Of a DNA stretch of 64,000 nucleotides, positions 21,007 through 29,348 are shown in pieces; within the stretch, counting starts at the first letter, position 1; the number at the start of each line of letters is the position of its first letter. Under the pieces are notes generated by a model. That model was not told the DNA's origin and made no database searches. It worked only from the letters and a program-made list of their open reading frames with translations. Made by a program: the position numbers and the translations under genes. Origin of the DNA: an uncultured beta proteobacterium (GTDB lineage Bacteria > Pseudomonadota > Gammaproteobacteria > Burkholderiales > SG8-39); NCBI GenBank assembly GCA_903928055.1, contig CAIYPG010000154.1:5774-69773 (forward strand). Direction: 5' to 3'.

Positions 21007-21071
21007 GGCGCCCGGAGCAGGCGGCAATCATAAAACGCTGACCGGGGACTATCCGCAAAAAGGAGGTTCCA
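21002..21071 (+). promoter_or_regulatory. conserved 5' leader, copy 1 (duplicated upstream of Bug paralogues 2 and 3)
   Basis: TCATTGGCGCCCGGAGCAGGCGGCAATCATAAAACGCTGACCGGGGACTATCCGCAAAAAGGAGGTTCCA. Roughly 85-90% identical by eye to 22159..22225. Contains a CCCGG...CCGGG stem and the RBS. Confidence 0.6.
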
Positions 21072-22106
21072 ATGTTCTCAGGTTCTCGCAGCACGTATTC
21101 GCAGTCCCCTGTTGTCCCGTTCATTTCGCTCGCCGCAGCACTAATTGCCGCGCTGACGATGCTGGCACCGTCGGCGGCCCAGGCCCAGGCCCAGGCCCAG
21201 GCCTATCCAAGCCGCCCGGTGCGCGTCATCACGAACTACACGCCCGGCGGCACCACCGACTTCGTGGCGCGCTCCATGGCGCAGAAGCTGGGTGAGGCCA
21301 CCGGCCAGACCGTCACCGTCGAGAACAAGCCCAGCGCCAACGGTGTGTTGGGCACACAGGATGCGATCCGCTCCAACCCCGACGGTTACACGCTGCTGTT
21401 CTCGACCTCGGGGCATACCTCGGTGTCCAAGGCGCTGCTCACCGATCGCCTGCCGTTCGATCCCTTCAAGGAACTCACTCCGATCACGCTGCTGGTGCTG
21501 AGCACTCAGATGCTGGTGGTCCATCCCTCGCTGGGGGTGAACAACGTTCCCGACTTCATCAAGCTGATGAAGGCCAATCCGGGCAAGTATTCGTACGGCT
21601 CCGCCGGCATCGGCAGTCCCAATCATCTGGGCGTGGAGCTTCTGAATGTGCTGGGCGGCTTCGACATGCTGCATGTGCCCTACAAAGGGGGCGTCGGGGC
21701 GGCAACGGACCTCGTCGCCGGACGCACCCAGATGATGATCAACAGCATGGTGTCCATCCTGCCGCTCGTGAAAGCGGGCAAGATGACGCCCATCGGCGTG
21801 GGCTCGGCCAAGCGCACCTCTGCAGCGCCTGATGTGCCCACCGTCATCGAGCAGGGCTATCCCGATTTCGAGGTTTACACCTGGTATGGCATGTTCGCGC
21901 CACCCAACCTGCCGCGCGACCTCACCCTGAAACTGAACGGCATCTTCAATGACGCGCTGAAGCAGCCCGATGTCATCAAGAGCTTCACCTCGCAAGGCGT
22001 GGAGCCTGCCGGCGGCACGCCGGAAGACCTCGCGAAGATGATGCGCAGTGAATACGAGCGCTGGCGCCGTGTGGTCGTGGCGGCCAAGATCGAAGTGGAC
22101 CAGTAG
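21072..22106 (+). CDS. Bug/TctC-family substrate-binding protein (paralogue 2)
   Basis: 344 aa. Signal peptide ...APSAAQAQAQAQ-AYPSRPVRVITNYTPGGTTDF. About 80% aa identity by eye to paralogue 3. Confidence 0.92.
   Translation: MFSGSRSTYSQSPVVPFISLAAALIAALTMLAPSAAQAQAQAQAYPSRPVRVITNYTPGGTTDFVARSMAQKLGEATGQTVTVENKPSANGVLGTQDAIRSNPDGYTLLFSTSGHTSVSKALLTDRLPFDPFKELTPITLLVLSTQMLVVHPSLGVNNVPDFIKLMKANPGKYSYGSAGIGSPNHLGVELLNVLGGFDMLHVPYKGGVGAATDLVAGRTQMMINSMVSILPLVKAGKMTPIGVGSAKRTSAAPDVPTVIEQGYPDFEVYTWYGMFAPPNLPRDLTLKLNGIFNDALKQPDVIKSFTSQGVEPAGGTPEDLAKMMRSEYERWRRVVVAAKIEVDQ
21177..21200 (+). repeat. (GCCCAG)4 hexanucleotide repeat inside the signal-peptide region
   Basis: gcccag x4 read directly; encodes (AQ)4 just before the mature AYP start of paralogue 2. 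Confidence 0.9.
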
Positions 22107-22112
22107 GCACCG

Positions 22113-22142
22113 GCGGAGCCCCGGCGTTGATCGGGGTTCCGC
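22113..22142 (+). terminator. hairpin after Bug paralogue 2
   Basis: GCGGAGCCCC-(10 nt)-GGGGTTCCGC, a 10-bp stem including one G-U pair, followed by a T-containing tract. Confidence 0.4.
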
Positions 22143-22158
22143 TGTCCGTTGTTCATGG

Positions 22159-22225
22159 TCATTGGCACCCGGAGCAGGCGGCGATCAGAAACGCTGACCG
22201 GGGGCGATCCGCAAAGGAGGTTCCA
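22159..22225 (+). promoter_or_regulatory. conserved 5' leader, copy 2
   Basis: TCATTGGCACCCGGAGCAGGCGGCGATCAGAAACGCTGACCGGGGGCGATCCGCAAAGGAGGTTCCA; paralogous to 21002..21071. Confidence 0.6.
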
Positions 22226-23230
22226 ATGTTCGCAGGCACCCGCACTTCCGTTTCGCATTCCGCCGTCGCTGCGCTCGCTGCAGCGGTCATCATGGCGCTG
22301 GCTCCCGCCGTGGCCGGGGCGCAGGCCTATCCTAATCGTCCGGTGCGCGTCATCAGCAACTACACGCCCGGCGGCACCACCGATTTCGTGGCGCGCGCGC
22401 TGGCGCAGAAGCTGGCAGAGGCCACCGGCCAGACCGTCACCGTCGAGAACAAGCCCAGCGCCAACGGCGTGGTCGGCACCCAGGAAACCATCCGCGCCAG
22501 GCCCGACGGCTACACGCTGCTGTTCTCCACCTCGGGGCACACCTCGGTGTCCAAGGCGCTGCTCACCGACCGCCTGCCTTTTGATCCGTTCAAGGACATC
22601 GCGCCCATCATGCTCGCAGTGACGATCACGCAGTTGCTGGTGGTCCATCCGTCACTGGGCGTGAAGACCGTTCCCGAGTTCGTGAAGCTGATGAAGGCCA
22701 ATCCGGGCAAGTACTCGTATGGCTCGGCCGGGACGGGCAGCCCCAACCACCTCGGCGTGGAGCTGCTCAAGTACACCGCCGGCTTCGAGATGCTGCACGT
22801 GCCCTACAAGGGCGGCGCGCAGACCGTGCCCGACCTTGTCGCGGGCCGCATCCAGTTCATGCTGAACGCCATGGTGGCGCTGGCGCCCTTCGTGAAGTCG
22901 GGCAAGATCATCCCCATCGGCGTGGGCACGGCGAAACGCTCGCCGGCAATGCCCGATGTGCCCACGGTCGCCGAACAGGGCTATCCCGATTACGAGTCCT
23001 CGACCTGGTACGGCATGTTCGCCCCGCCCGCGCTGCCGCGCGACCTCGTCATGAAGCTGAATGGCATTTTCAACGATGCGCTGAAGCAGCCGGACATCAT
23101 CAAGAGCTTCATGGCGCAGGGCGCCGAACCGGCCGGCGGAACGCCCGAAGACCTGGCAAAGATGATGCGCAGCGAATACGAGCGCTGGCGCAAAGTCGTG
23201 GTCGCGGCGAAAATCGAGGTTGACGAGTAG
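22226..23230 (+). CDS. Bug/TctC-family substrate-binding protein (paralogue 3)
   Basis: 334 aa from the ATG at 22226 (AAAGGAGG RBS). ...AGAQ-AYPNRPVRVISNYTPGGTTDF.... Confidence 0.92.
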   Translation: MFAGTRTSVSHSAVAALAAAVIMALAPAVAGAQAYPNRPVRVISNYTPGGTTDFVARALAQKLAEATGQTVTVENKPSANGVVGTQETIRARPDGYTLLFSTSGHTSVSKALLTDRLPFDPFKDIAPIMLAVTITQLLVVHPSLGVKTVPEFVKLMKANPGKYSYGSAGTGSPNHLGVELLKYTAGFEMLHVPYKGGAQTVPDLVAGRIQFMLNAMVALAPFVKSGKIIPIGVGTAKRSPAMPDVPTVAEQGYPDYESSTWYGMFAPPALPRDLVMKLNGIFNDALKQPDIIKSFMAQGAEPAGGTPEDLAKMMRSEYERWRKVVVAAKIEVDE

Positions 23231-23259
23231 CCCGAGAGATTCATTACAGGAGAAGCACC

Positions 23260-24273
23260 ATGTCTTTTGTTTTGCAACGCAGCGTTTTCCGTCCCGTGAG
23301 AGCGGTGTCATGCGCACTTGCGGCAGCCGCCGTCACACTGGCCCCATTCCATGGTGCATCAGCCCAGACCTATCCGACCAAGCCGGTCCGCTTCGTCACG
23401 CCCTATGGGCAGGGTGGCAATGCCGACATCCTGACGCGCATCATCGGCGATGCCGTGTCCAGGAGCGTGGGCCAGCCCTTCCTGGTGGAGAACCGTCCGG
23501 GCGGCAGCAGCACCATCGGCTCCTCCATCGTCGCCAAGGCGCCGCCCGACGGCTACACCATCATGCTCATCTCCTCGTCGCACTCGGTGAATCCGGCGCT
23601 CTTCGGCAGTGACCTGCCCTACGACACGGTGAAGGACTTCGCGCCGATCAGCCTCACCGGTTCCACGCCCATCCTGGTGGTGGTCAATCCCGGCGTTCCG
23701 GCCAACAACATGAAGGAGCTGATCGCGCTGGCCAAGGCCAGGCCCGGCACGCTCAATTACGGCACCTCGGGCAACGGCTCGCCGGCCCACCTAGCCGGCG
23801 CGCTGATGGAGGCGTTGGGCAACGTCAAGCTTTCGCATATTCCCTACAAGACCACCACGCAGGCCACCAACGACACGCTGTCCGGCCAGGTGCAGATGGC
23901 CTTCCCCAGCACGTCCTCGACCCTGCCCATGGTGAAATCAGGCAAGCTGCGCGCCATCGGCATCACCAGCCTCAAGCGCTCCCCGCTTGCTCCGGACGTT
24001 CCGCCCGTTGCCGACACCCTGCCTGGCTACCAGGCCAGCATCTGGACCGGCATGCTCGCCCCTGGCGCCACGCCCAAACCCATCGTCGCAAAACTCAACG
24101 GCGAAGTGGTGAAGGCGCTCAAGGTGCCCGAGGTGGTCACCAAGCTCACCGCCATGGGCGTGGACATCGAATCCAGCACTCCCGAGGAATTTGGCGCCTT
24201 CATCGACGCCGAAATGAAGAAGTGGGCGCGCGTCATCAAGGAAGGCAACATCAAGGTGGAAATGGAGCGCTGA
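23260..24273 (+). CDS. Bug/TctC-family substrate-binding protein (paralogue 4)
   Basis: 337 aa. ...GASAQTYPTKPVRFVTPYGQGGNADI...HIPYKTT...GATPKPIVAKLN.... Confidence 0.9.
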   Translation: MSFVLQRSVFRPVRAVSCALAAAAVTLAPFHGASAQTYPTKPVRFVTPYGQGGNADILTRIIGDAVSRSVGQPFLVENRPGGSSTIGSSIVAKAPPDGYTIMLISSSHSVNPALFGSDLPYDTVKDFAPISLTGSTPILVVVNPGVPANNMKELIALAKARPGTLNYGTSGNGSPAHLAGALMEALGNVKLSHIPYKTTTQATNDTLSGQVQMAFPSTSSTLPMVKSGKLRAIGITSLKRSPLAPDVPPVADTLPGYQASIWTGMLAPGATPKPIVAKLNGEVVKALKVPEVVTKLTAMGVDIESSTPEEFGAFIDAEMKKWARVIKEGNIKVEMER

Positions 24274-24327
24274 TCGCAACGTCCGCCACAGAGCAGCACC
24301 AGCTGTCGCGTACAAAGGAGGAGTGGC

Positions 24328-25302
24328 ATGAAACGCATCGCAATGGTGCTGATGGCCGCGCTTGGAACCTGCCTCACCGGCGCCGCGGCCGCGCAGGCCT
24401 ACCCGACGCATGCCGTCACGCTCATCGTGCCCTCGGGGGCAGGCGGCGCCGCCGACATCGTGGCGCGCATCATCGCCAAGGAACTGGAGAACGAGACGAA
24501 GCAGTCCTTCGTCGTGGTCAACCAGGCGGGCGCCACCAACACCATAGGCGTGCGCAACCTGCTGCAGGCGCCCGCCGACGGCTACACCACGCTGATTGCC
24601 GCGGCCACCAGCAGCCTGGCCACCAACGCCGTGTTCATCAGGGACCTGCCCTTCGACACCGTCAAGGACCTGCAACCCATCTCCTTCGTGGGCAACGCCG
24701 ATTCGGTGCTGGTGGTCTCGCAGAATCTGCCGGCAAAAAACATCGCCGAGCTGGTGGCCCTGGCCAAATCCAAACCGGGCGCGCTGAACTACGCCGCCAC
24801 CAGCATAGGCAGTGTCGGTCACCTCAACATGGAGCTGTTCAAGCAGGCGGCGAAGATAGACATGCTGCCGGTGCATTACAAGCAGACCTCGCAGGTGCTG
24901 CCCGACCTGATCGCCGGACGCGTGGATGCCTGGATCACGCCCATCCCCGCCGTCATTTCCACCATCAGCGCCGGCAAGATCCGCGCACTGGGTACCAGCG
25001 GCACGGCGCGCTCGCCGCACCTGGCCGGCGTGCCCACCATCGCCGAAACGCCCGGGCTCTCCGATTTCGAGGTGCTCAGCCTGTACGCCATGTTCACCCG
25101 CACCGGGGCGCCCAAGGCGGTGGTCGACCGGCTCAACGCGCTGGTGAAGAAGGTCACGCTGTCGCCCACGGTGAAGTCGCAGCTGGAGGCGCAGGGCGTG
25201 GACCCCCTTTCCAGCGAGCCCGAGGCGGTGCGCGAAACCATGATCCGCTACATTGCCAAGTGGACGGCGCTGGTCAAGGCTGCCAACATCAAGGTCGACT
25301 GA
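24328..25302 (+). CDS. Bug/TctC-family substrate-binding protein (paralogue 5)
   Basis: 324 aa. ...AAAAQAYPTHAVTLIVPSGAGGAADI.... Confidence 0.9.
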   Translation: MKRIAMVLMAALGTCLTGAAAAQAYPTHAVTLIVPSGAGGAADIVARIIAKELENETKQSFVVVNQAGATNTIGVRNLLQAPADGYTTLIAAATSSLATNAVFIRDLPFDTVKDLQPISFVGNADSVLVVSQNLPAKNIAELVALAKSKPGALNYAATSIGSVGHLNMELFKQAAKIDMLPVHYKQTSQVLPDLIAGRVDAWITPIPAVISTISAGKIRALGTSGTARSPHLAGVPTIAETPGLSDFEVLSLYAMFTRTGAPKAVVDRLNALVKKVTLSPTVKSQLEAQGVDPLSSEPEAVRETMIRYIAKWTALVKAANIKVD

Positions 25303-25311
25303 CGGAACAAC

Positions 25312-25400
25312 GTTTGTTGAGTGATAACAATAATCATGTTTATGCCTGTATCCAGATGATGTTGGAATAAAAATGGATATAAATAGATTTCAGATAACCC
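25312..25400 (+). promoter_or_regulatory. AT-rich intergenic module (copy D), 33 nt upstream of hyuA
   Basis: GTGATAACAATAATCATGTTTATGCC...ATGGATATAAATAGATTTCAGATAACCC. Shares the 11-mer GTGATAACAAT and the terminal GATAACCC with copy C. Confidence 0.55.
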
Positions 25401-25432
25401 CCAGCAGCACCTAATCGACGGGAAACAATCCA

Positions 25433-27505
25433 GTGCCTTTCATCTTCAGCGTAGACATCGGCGGCACCTTTACCGACCTCGTCGCCTGCGACCTCGACTC
25501 AGGCGCCCTCAGTTTCTCCAAGAGCCCCACCACCTACGACGACCTCGGTCGCGGCGTGTTCGACTGCATCAGGCGCGCCTCCGTGGACGCGCGCGACGCC
25601 ATCTTCGTGAAGCACGGAACGACGCTGGTCATCAATGCCCTGCTGCAACGCTCCGGCGCCGTCACCGCCCTGGTCACTACCCGCGGCTTCGCCGACGTGC
25701 TGGAGATCGCGCGCGGCAACCGCATGCGCCCCTTCGACCTGCGCTTCCGGCGCGACGAGCCGCTCATCCCTCACGAGTTGCGCTTCGAGGTGAGCGAACG
25801 GATGCTGGCCAGCGGCCAGGTCGAGACGCCGCTGGCGGAAAGCGAACTGAAGGATCTGGCAGGACGCCTGCGTGAGGCGAAAGTCGAGGCGGTCGCCATT
25901 TCCTTCCTGAATGCCTACGCCAATCCCGAGCACGAGCAGCGCGCCGCGAAGATACTGCGCGAACTGCTGCCGGGCACCTTCGTCACCTCGGGCACGGAAG
26001 TCACCCGCGAGTGGCATGAATTCGAGCGCACCGCCACTGCCGCCTCCAACGCCTACGTCGGCCCGCAGGTGAGCCGCTACGTGGAGCATTTCGATGCGAG
26101 CCTGCGCAAGGTGGGCTTTCCCGGCTCGCTGCTCTTCATGGGCTCGCATGGCGGCGTGGTGTCCTCGGCGCGCACCGTGCGCGAGCCCATCTCGCTGGTG
26201 GAATCGGGGCCCGTCGGCGGCTGCATAGGCGCAGCGCGCTACGCAGCCTCGCTGGGCCTGGAAAACATCATCGCCTTCGACATGGGCGGCACCACCGCCA
26301 AGTGCATACTCATCGAGAACGGCGAGTACGCCGTGGAATCGACCTATTACATCGGCGGCGAGGAAACCGGCTTCCCCATACGCGGCAATGTCATCGACAT
26401 CGTCGAAGTGGGTGCCGGCGGCGGCTCCATCGCGTGGGTGGACGAGCACGGCGGCATGTCGGTGGGACCGCGCAGCGCCGGCTCCACGCCGGGCCCCGTC
26501 TGCTACGGACGCGGCGGCACCGAGCCCACGGTCACCGATGCCAACCTGGTGCTGGGCCGCCTGGACGCCGGCTACTTCCTCGGCGGCGAGATGAAGCTGG
26601 ACGCGCCGGCGGCGCAGCAGGCCATCGCAAAGAAGATCGCCGAGCCCCTGCAATACCGCGGCGAAAGTGCCGTCGCCAAGGCGGCCAGCGGCATCCTCAC
26701 CATCGCCGGCTTCACCATGGCCGACGCCATCAAGCGCATCTCCATTTCGCGCGGCAAGGATCCGCGCGACTTCGCGCTGGTGAGCTACGGCGGCGGCGGG
26801 CCGCTGCACTCGGCGGAACTGGCGCGCGAACTGCACATCCCCTTCGTGATCATTCCGCCCGAGCCCGGGAACTTCTCCGCCACCGGCATGCTGCTGGCCG
26901 AGGCGCGGCTGGACTCGGCGCGCACCTTCGTGGCCGAGCTGTCGGAGGCCTCCATGCAGCAGCTCACCGGCGTGATGGCCGAGCTGCAGCAAGGCGCGCG
27001 CGCCGCCATGGAAGCGGACTTCGGCTCCGAAAGCGAGGCCAACAAGGCCAAGGTGGCCTTTCGCAACCAGGCCGAGCTGCGCTACGTCGGCCAGAAGCAC
27101 TCGCTCAAGGTGGCGCTGCCGGAGCAGCAGTCGCTGGAGGAACTCTCCGCCATATTCCATCGTGCCTACCGGCAGCGCTACGGCCACTCCATGCCCGGCG
27201 CCCCGGTGGAGTTCGTCGCCATCCACGTCGCCGCCACGCTGGAGATGCGCCGTCCGCGCACCGACGCACTGATGAGCCAGCAAAGCCGCGTCCACGAGGG
27301 ACGCCCCAGGACGCGCCCGGTGTATTTCCTGGACGCCGAGCGCTATGTCCCCACGCCGGTCTACAACCGCTATGATCTGCCGGTGGGCTTCGCCGCCGAC
27401 GGACCTGCCGTCATCGAGGAATACGGCGCGACCACCTTGGTCGGGCCGCGCGACAAATTCAGCATAGGCGAGTTGAAGGAGATCAAAATTGACTGCCGAA
27501 ACTAA
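25433..27505 (+). CDS. hyuA: hydantoinase/oxoprolinase family protein, A subunit (HyuA-like)
   Basis: 690 aa. GTG start, ...FSVDIGGTFTDLV...AFDMGGTTAK...GAGGGSIAW...SYGGGGPLH.... Confidence 0.9.
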   Translation: MPFIFSVDIGGTFTDLVACDLDSGALSFSKSPTTYDDLGRGVFDCIRRASVDARDAIFVKHGTTLVINALLQRSGAVTALVTTRGFADVLEIARGNRMRPFDLRFRRDEPLIPHELRFEVSERMLASGQVETPLAESELKDLAGRLREAKVEAVAISFLNAYANPEHEQRAAKILRELLPGTFVTSGTEVTREWHEFERTATAASNAYVGPQVSRYVEHFDASLRKVGFPGSLLFMGSHGGVVSSARTVREPISLVESGPVGGCIGAARYAASLGLENIIAFDMGGTTAKCILIENGEYAVESTYYIGGEETGFPIRGNVIDIVEVGAGGGSIAWVDEHGGMSVGPRSAGSTPGPVCYGRGGTEPTVTDANLVLGRLDAGYFLGGEMKLDAPAAQQAIAKKIAEPLQYRGESAVAKAASGILTIAGFTMADAIKRISISRGKDPRDFALVSYGGGGPLHSAELARELHIPFVIIPPEPGNFSATGMLLAEARLDSARTFVAELSEASMQQLTGVMAELQQGARAAMEADFGSESEANKAKVAFRNQAELRYVGQKHSLKVALPEQQSLEELSAIFHRAYRQRYGHSMPGAPVEFVAIHVAATLEMRRPRTDALMSQQSRVHEGRPRTRPVYFLDAERYVPTPVYNRYDLPVGFAADGPAVIEEYGATTLVGPRDKFSIGELKEIKIDCRN

Positions 27506-29261
27506 TCTCTCCGCTGCAAGGAAGTCCGTACCCGAAGCACCGTCGCGGGTGGATCCTGTCACCGTCGAGGTCATCAAGCGGCGCCTGGTTTCCATCGCCG
27601 ACCACATGGACCTCAACATCACGCGCACCGCCTTCAGCCTGCTGGTGTCGGAATACAAGGACTACGCCGTGGGCATCGTCGATGGCGAAGGCAGGCTGCT
27701 GTGCCAGTCCACCGCCGGCATGCCGCTGTTCATCGCCGACGTGCTCGGCTCATGCGTGCGCGACGGCCTCAAGGTCTACGGCGCGGACGGCTTCGCCGAA
27801 GGCGATGTCGTCATCAGCAACGACATCGGGCAGCACCTGAACAATGTCGCCATGTACACGCCGGTGTTCGAAGGCAGGACCATCGTCGCCTTCGTGGTGG
27901 TGGTCATGCACTGGGTGGACATCGGCGGGCGCAACCTGGGTTCGACCAGCCGCTTCGCCACCGACATCTGGCAGGAAGGCCTGCTCATCAACACCGTGAA
28001 GCTCTACTCGGCGGGCAGGCTGAACGAGGAAGTGCAGCGCATCATCCGCACCAACTCGCGCCTGCCGGAAGAACTGATGGGCGACATCGACGCGCAGATC
28101 GGCGCCTGCTATATGGGCCGCGATGGCGTGGACGGCATTGTGAAGAAATACGGCCTGGAGGTCTTCCGCGAGTCCGTCGTCGCCATGTGGGACCAGGCCG
28201 AGCGCGCCGCGCGCAAGGCCATCGCCGCCGTGCCCGACGGCATCTACACGGCCGAGGCCTTCATGGATGACGACGGCCTCAACCGCGGCAAGCCCATCCC
28301 GCTCAAGGTGAAAGTGGTCATCAAGGGCGACGAGATGACCGTGGACCTCTCCGAACTTCCGAAGGAGACCAAGAGCGCCATCAACGCCGGCGAGAGCGGC
28401 GGCGGCTGGTCCGTGGCGCGCCTGGGTTTCCGCTACGCCATCCTGCCCGAGGGGCACGCCAGCGAGGGCACCTTCCGCCCGCTCAAGCTGGTGCTGCCGC
28501 AGGGCAACATCATGAACTGCGGGCCCACCGCGGCGCGCAGCTACTACAACCTCGCGTTGCCGACGTTGATTGACCTGGTCATCAAGTCGCTGGCGACGGC
28601 CATTCCCGATCGCGTTGCGGGCGGCCACTACGCCACCTTCTCGTCGGTGCGCTTCCGCGGCAACAAGCCCGGCACCAGGCAGGCCTTCCAGTGCGCCGAG
28701 AGCGGCTTCGGCGGCTGGGGCGCGCTCTCTGACGGCGACGGGCCCGGTCCCTTCCGCACCATGTGCCACGGCGACACGCGCCTCATACCCATGGAAGCGC
28801 AGGAAGCCGAGTTCCCCATCGTGTTCGAAAGCATGGGCCTGCTCCCCGACTCAGGCGGCCCCGGCGAGTTCCGCGGCGGCCTGGGCATGATCAAGAAATA
28901 CAAGGTGCTGGCGCCGTGCGAGTTCAGCGTGTCAGTGGACCGCACCGCCTGTCCGCCCTGGGGCATCAACGGCGGCGGCGCGGCCACCGGCGGCGGCGCC
29001 ACCATCACCAAGGCCGACGGCAGCTCGGGCGCCGTGCTCAAGGAAGTGACCAACATGGACAAGGGCGACCGCGTCACCATCTGGACCGGCGGCGGGGGCG
29101 GCTACGGTCCGGCCGAAAAGCGCGCCATCGAGCGCATCAGGCAGGATGTGAGCCGCGGCCATGTCTCGCGTGAAGCCGCCGAACGCGACTACGGCGTGGT
29201 GCTGGACGAGCAGCTGAACGTGGTGCGCCGGCAGGCGCCGGTGAAGCGGGATTCGGCCTAG
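27489..29261 (+). CDS. hyuB: hydantoinase B/oxoprolinase family protein (HyuB-like)
   Basis: 590 aa. TTG start with AAGGAGA RBS, 17-nt overlap with hyuA. ...DPVTVEVIKRRLVSIADHM...GGGGYGP.... Confidence 0.9.
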   Translation: MTAETNLSAARKSVPEAPSRVDPVTVEVIKRRLVSIADHMDLNITRTAFSLLVSEYKDYAVGIVDGEGRLLCQSTAGMPLFIADVLGSCVRDGLKVYGADGFAEGDVVISNDIGQHLNNVAMYTPVFEGRTIVAFVVVVMHWVDIGGRNLGSTSRFATDIWQEGLLINTVKLYSAGRLNEEVQRIIRTNSRLPEELMGDIDAQIGACYMGRDGVDGIVKKYGLEVFRESVVAMWDQAERAARKAIAAVPDGIYTAEAFMDDDGLNRGKPIPLKVKVVIKGDEMTVDLSELPKETKSAINAGESGGGWSVARLGFRYAILPEGHASEGTFRPLKLVLPQGNIMNCGPTAARSYYNLALPTLIDLVIKSLATAIPDRVAGGHYATFSSVRFRGNKPGTRQAFQCAESGFGGWGALSDGDGPGPFRTMCHGDTRLIPMEAQEAEFPIVFESMGLLPDSGGPGEFRGGLGMIKKYKVLAPCEFSVSVDRTACPPWGINGGGAATGGGATITKADGSSGAVLKEVTNMDKGDRVTIWTGGGGGYGPAEKRAIERIRQDVSRGHVSREAAERDYGVVLDEQLNVVRRQAPVKRDSA

Positions 29262-29348
29262 ACACCAAATCCCAAGACGGGCTGTTGGATAACAAGGTGC
29301 AGCCATAGTGACGGCGCAGACGGCATTGAATACCTGGAGGCAGTCGGC

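Noticed and set aside
25322-25336. Fur-box-like sequence TGATAACAATAATCA in AT-rich module D (13/15 match to TGATAATnATTATCA)
   Set aside because: Any AT-rich spacer in this genome will resemble the Fur consensus. The other module copies do not keep the 7-1-7 symmetry, and nothing nearby is iron-related. I kept it only as part of the AT-rich module family.
25499-27658. 719-aa minus-strand ORF antisense to hyuA. Similar long antisense ORFs occur opposite most genes, for example 28932..30530, 30223..31467, 42794..43849 and 46733..47941.
   Set aside because: These are GC-driven stop-codon-free antisense frames. The sense-strand products have clear family signatures.
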